From: an uncultured Verrucomicrobiota bacterium
GTDB lineage: Bacteria; Verrucomicrobiota; Kiritimatiellia; CAIKKV01; CAITUY01
Assembly (NCBI GenBank): GCA_964355415.1
Contig: CAYHEL010000001.1
Span: 1 to 28,373 of the forward strand
DNA length: 28,373 nt
Direction of reading: 5' to 3'
Made by a program: the position numbers and the translations under genes. Shown in pieces: positions 25,217-28,373 of this stretch. Below the pieces are notes generated by a model. The model made no database searches. It saw only the letters and a list, made by a program, of their open reading frames with translations, and was not told the DNA's origin. Every line of letters starts with the position of its first letter. Position 1 is the first letter of the stretch.

Positions 25217-26926
25217 ATGGTTGAGTCAAAACTAGGCAAAATCCTTCTGCAGAAGGGACTCGTCACGGAGCCCCAGATTCTCCAGGCTATTGCCCGGCAA
25301 AAAGAAACCGGGAAGATGCTCGGAGAAGTCCTGGCGGAACTCGGTTTTGTCTCCGCCGAGAACCTGGCCCGCGCCCTGGCCGACCAACTGGGCGTCCCGT
25401 TCTACGAACTCAAGGATGACTTCAGACTTGAAAAGGCCGAGATCAAACTGGTGCCCGAAGCCGTGGCGCGGCGGTATTGCCTGATCCCCGTGAAAAAAGA
25501 GGCGGGCCTGGTCATTACCCTGGTCATGAGAGACCCTCTGGATGTCGAGGCCATTGACACGGTTCGCTCCCTGACCCGGATGGAAATCCGCAAGGCGATC
25601 AGTTCGGAAGAACGCATCCGGGCCACGATTGACAAATTCTACCGGTCGGATGCCCATCTGGAACGGGATTTGCAGGATATTGCCGAACTTCCGCCGGAAG
25701 TGGTGACGGGTGTGGATGTGGAAACCCGGGGCGATGACGATCAATTGATGGTTCTGGCCAATGATGCGCCGGTTGTCAAGTTCGTGAACCTGCTCCTCAT
25801 GCAGGCGGTGCGGGATCGGGCCAGTGATGTTCATTTTGAACCCGGCGAGAAGGACGTTGCCGTAAGGATCCGGGTGGATGGCCGCCTGCGCGAGATCACG
25901 CCGCCGCCCAAGGCCCTTTATCAGGCCATTGCGACCCGCATCAAGATCCTCTCGAACATGGATATTGCCGAGAGGCGTCTTCCCCTGGATGGCCGCTTTA
26001 AATTCAAGGTCAACGACCGGATTATCGATGTCCGCGTCTCCTCCCTTCCCGAGGCGCATGGCGAAAAAATGGTGCTTCGGATTCTGGATCGAAAGGCCCT
26101 GATCGTGGACATGAAGGACATCGGTCTGGATGACGTCATGCTCAAACGGTTCCAGCAGATTCTGCAGTCGCCGCATGGCATCATCCTGGTAACCGGTCCC
26201 ACAGGCAGTGGAAAAACCACCACCCTCTATGCCGCGCTGAATTACCTGAGGGATCCGGCCTGGAATATCCAGACGGTCGAGGATCCCATCGAGTACCTCA
26301 TTCCCGGCATCAACCAGATGCAGATCAAACCCAAGATCGGACTGGATTTTGCCAGTGCGCTCAGGGCCATTCTCCGACAGGATCCGGACATGATCATGAT
26401 TGGCGAGGTGCGGGATCTTGAAACGGCCCAGATTGCCATGCGTTCATCCCTGACCGGCCACCTGGTGCTGAGCACCCTGCATACCAATGATGCGCCCTCG
26501 GCGCTGTGGCGCATGAAGGATATCGGCATCGAACCCTACCTGATCGCGGCAACCATGAAATTGGTGATCTCCCAGCGCCTGGTTCGGGTGATCTGCCCGC
26601 ATTGCAAGACGGCGGAGCCCCCGTCGGAGGAAGGTCGGCTTTTTGCGGCGGGCATTCTCCCGGAAGCGGCCGGATGGACGTATTATCGCGGCGCAGGGTG
26701 CCCGAGATGCCTCAATTCAGGGTACCGCGGACGAACAACGATTTTTGAGTTCATGGAAGTGTCGGACCCGATCAAGGAGATGGTCGTGTCGGGATCCAAC
26801 TCGGTGGCCATGCGGCGCAAGGCGATGGAACTCGGAATGGCGCCCCTGGCGGAAAACGGGTTGCGCAAGGTTCATAACGGCGTCACAACCATCGACGAAG
26901 TCATGAGTGTGTGCTCGGGGGATTAA
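25217..26926 (+). CDS. pilB: Type IV pilus extension ATPase (PilB/GspE family) with N-terminal MshEN domain
   Basis: RASDVHFEP, DIAERRLPLDGR, GPTGSGKTT, TVEDPIEY, LRQDPD, GHLVLSTLHT, Zn motif CPHC...GAGCPRC. Confidence 0.93.
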   Translation: MVESKLGKILLQKGLVTEPQILQAIARQKETGKMLGEVLAELGFVSAENLARALADQLGVPFYELKDDFRLEKAEIKLVPEAVARRYCLIPVKKEAGLVITLVMRDPLDVEAIDTVRSLTRMEIRKAISSEERIRATIDKFYRSDAHLERDLQDIAELPPEVVTGVDVETRGDDDQLMVLANDAPVVKFVNLLLMQAVRDRASDVHFEPGEKDVAVRIRVDGRLREITPPPKALYQAIATRIKILSNMDIAERRLPLDGRFKFKVNDRIIDVRVSSLPEAHGEKMVLRILDRKALIVDMKDIGLDDVMLKRFQQILQSPHGIILVTGPTGSGKTTTLYAALNYLRDPAWNIQTVEDPIEYLIPGINQMQIKPKIGLDFASALRAILRQDPDMIMIGEVRDLETAQIAMRSSLTGHLVLSTLHTNDAPSALWRMKDIGIEPYLIAATMKLVISQRLVRVICPHCKTAEPPSEEGRLFAAGILPEAAGWTYYRGAGCPRCLNSGYRGRTTIFEFMEVSDPIKEMVVSGSNSVAMRRKAMELGMAPLAENGLRKVHNGVTTIDEVMSVCSGD

Positions 26927-26941
26927 CGGCTGGAGACCATT

Positions 26942-28171
26942 ATGCCAGATTACAGATATTCGGCAAAAGATGACAGCGGACGCGAGGTGGCGGGAGTCTA
27001 TACCGCCCCGACACGATTCGATGCGCTGACCCAACTGCATGATCGCGGGCTGACCGTGACGGCGATCAGCGATGAGGGAATCGGGGTCGGCGGCATCGAT
27101 ATGGTCAAGGTCGCCGCCAAAAAAGGCCGGGTCTTCGGTCGGGTCTCTTCGTCGGAAAAGGCGATTTTCTGCCGACAACTGTCCATTTCGGTCAGCGCCG
27201 GTATTCCGCTCCGGGAATCCCTGGAATCCATCACCGCAGATCTCGATAACGCGGCGTTCCGCCGGGTTCTGGAGCGCGTTTTGAAAAAACTGGACGAGGG
27301 CGCCCCGTTTTCCTCCGCCATCATGGGCGAATCCAAGATCTTTGACCGGTTGTTTATCGCCTTGATCCGAACGGCCGAGGAAGCGGGAAGCCTGACCGAG
27401 ACCTTGAATTATCTGGCAACGTCGATGGAGAAAAACGACAGGTTATCCCGCAAGATCAGAAGCATTCTGGCCTACCCGCTGTTTATCGGAGGGTTTTTCC
27501 TCCTGATTTCTGGGATTATGACGATCTTCGTCCTGCCGCAGTTTCAGGATATCTTTAAGGGGTTTGGAAACGACTTGCCGCCACTGACCCGCGCGGTGTT
27601 TACAATCAACACGTTTGTGATTCACAATACCCTCTGGATCTTTCTGGGCGTGGCCGCGGCCATTCTGTCATTCATCCTGTATGCATCGACGAAAGCGGGG
27701 CGTTTTCAAATCGACGGGATGCTGGTTCGGTTGCCGCTGATCGGGGACATCATTCGCAAACTGGCGGTTTCCCGGTTCTGCCGGAATTTCGGCATCATGA
27801 TGACAGGGGGTGTTCCCGTGGCAACGGCCATTGAAATTGCAGCCGAGGTGCTGGGCAATAAAGTCATGGAAGCGTCCATGAAGGCCACCCGCGACCGCAT
27901 CATGGCGGGTAACAACATCGCATCAAGCCTCGACAAGAAAGTGTTCCCGCGATTGGTCGCCCGCATGGTCGGCGTGGGCGAGTCCTCCGGACGCCTGCCC
28001 GAGGTGCTGAACAAGGTGGCCGATGTCTACGAGGATCAGGTGGAGGGGACGATTATGGTGGTAATTTCGCTCTTGGAGCCCATAATCATCGCTGTTTTCG
28101 GGGGGCTTATCCTGCTTCTCGTTCTGGCCATCTATATGCCGGTGTTCAGTTCGGCAGGACATATGAAGTAG
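26942..28171 (+). CDS. pilC: Inner-membrane platform protein (PilC/GspF family)
   Basis: FCRQL....AGIPL, LIRTAEEAGSL, LAYP, LPPLT, LPLIG, MVGVGESSGRL, LEP, AIYMP; three TM segments; GGAG SD. Confidence 0.93.
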   Translation: MPDYRYSAKDDSGREVAGVYTAPTRFDALTQLHDRGLTVTAISDEGIGVGGIDMVKVAAKKGRVFGRVSSSEKAIFCRQLSISVSAGIPLRESLESITADLDNAAFRRVLERVLKKLDEGAPFSSAIMGESKIFDRLFIALIRTAEEAGSLTETLNYLATSMEKNDRLSRKIRSILAYPLFIGGFFLLISGIMTIFVLPQFQDIFKGFGNDLPPLTRAVFTINTFVIHNTLWIFLGVAAAILSFILYASTKAGRFQIDGMLVRLPLIGDIIRKLAVSRFCRNFGIMMTGGVPVATAIEIAAEVLGNKVMEASMKATRDRIMAGNNIASSLDKKVFPRLVARMVGVGESSGRLPEVLNKVADVYEDQVEGTIMVVISLLEPIIIAVFGGLILLLVLAIYMPVFSSAGHMK

Positions 28172-28324
28172 GCGGGAATGGAAGAGGTTTGAATAGTCTT
28201 TGGTTGAAACGATCAACAAAGGAGGTGCCGGGTGGAAAACGGGGGATGACGGATTTGCGGAATGATTGAATTTTGTGGTGAAAGTTGGTCGGAAAATAGA
28301 AACAAAACACATAGGAGTAGGATC

Positions 28325-28373
28325 ATGAATAGGAAGAATAAGTTGGGGTTTACGTTGGTTGAATTGATGGTGG
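28325..28373 (+). CDS. Type IV prepilin-like protein, N-terminus only (runs off the window; not in the ORF track)
   Basis: ATG 28325 after AGGAG; translates MNRKNKLG-FTLVELMV: basic leader, G/F prepilin-peptidase site and E at +5. Confidence 0.85.
   Translation, partial: MNRKNKLGFTLVELMV

Noticed and set aside
22346-28230. Shared 9-mer GAGGTGCCG upstream of pilT (22346-22354) and of the pilin (28222-28230)
   Set aside because: Only two copies, at different distances from the starts, and largely explained by SD-like composition.
27923-28312. Minus-strand 129-aa ORF spanning the pilC end and the spacer
   Set aside because: Mostly antisense to pilC, with no motif or SD; the plus strand is already explained by pilC and the prepilin.
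28172-28324. Sigma54 promoter or FNR site upstream of the pilin gene
   Set aside because: No GG-N10-GC with TGGCAC context (the best candidate is off by one base). TTGA-N5-TCAA is one base short of the FNR TTGA-N6-TCAA spacing.
1-28373. CRISPR arrays, tRNA/rRNA genes, IS elements, integrases, defence genes
   Set aside because: No regularly spaced repeats, cloverleaf or rRNA signatures, or transposase/recombinase motifs seen. All long ORFs are accounted for and intergenic gaps are under about 230 nt.

Overview
High-GC bacterial chromosomal window, almost entirely housekeeping genes. The murD-LysM-ftsW order suggests the PVC superphylum (inference). Gene order: an apparent chimeric junction of two 5'-truncated genes (class II HMG-CoA reductase 3' end on -, GT4 glycosyltransferase 3' end on +) sharing 20 nt; ilvC and a GT3 (eukaryote-type) glycogen synthase on -; a dcw cluster (mraZ-rsmH-ftsL-ftsI-murE-murF-mraY-murD-LysM lipoprotein-ftsW) that stops at ftsW; a convergent - strand run (gltX-glnS, then NarL-type regulator-UDP-glucuronate decarboxylase-GrpB); a divergent nifU-nifS Fe-S assembly pair; and a type IV pilus locus (pilT-secretin-pilB-pilC-prepilin, cut by the window end). 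I found no RNA genes, CRISPR arrays or mobile elements, and no clearly new multi-gene system. The best leads are a KARI cofactor loop predicting rare NADH preference, the 245-264 junction, a bacterial GT3 retaining the G6P allosteric residues, the coupled regulator-UXS-GrpB trio, the compact retractile pilus locus, a GluRS lacking its zinc-binding insertion, and a 25-bp candidate operator upstream of nifUS. All family calls come from motif recognition by eye; no database searches were run.
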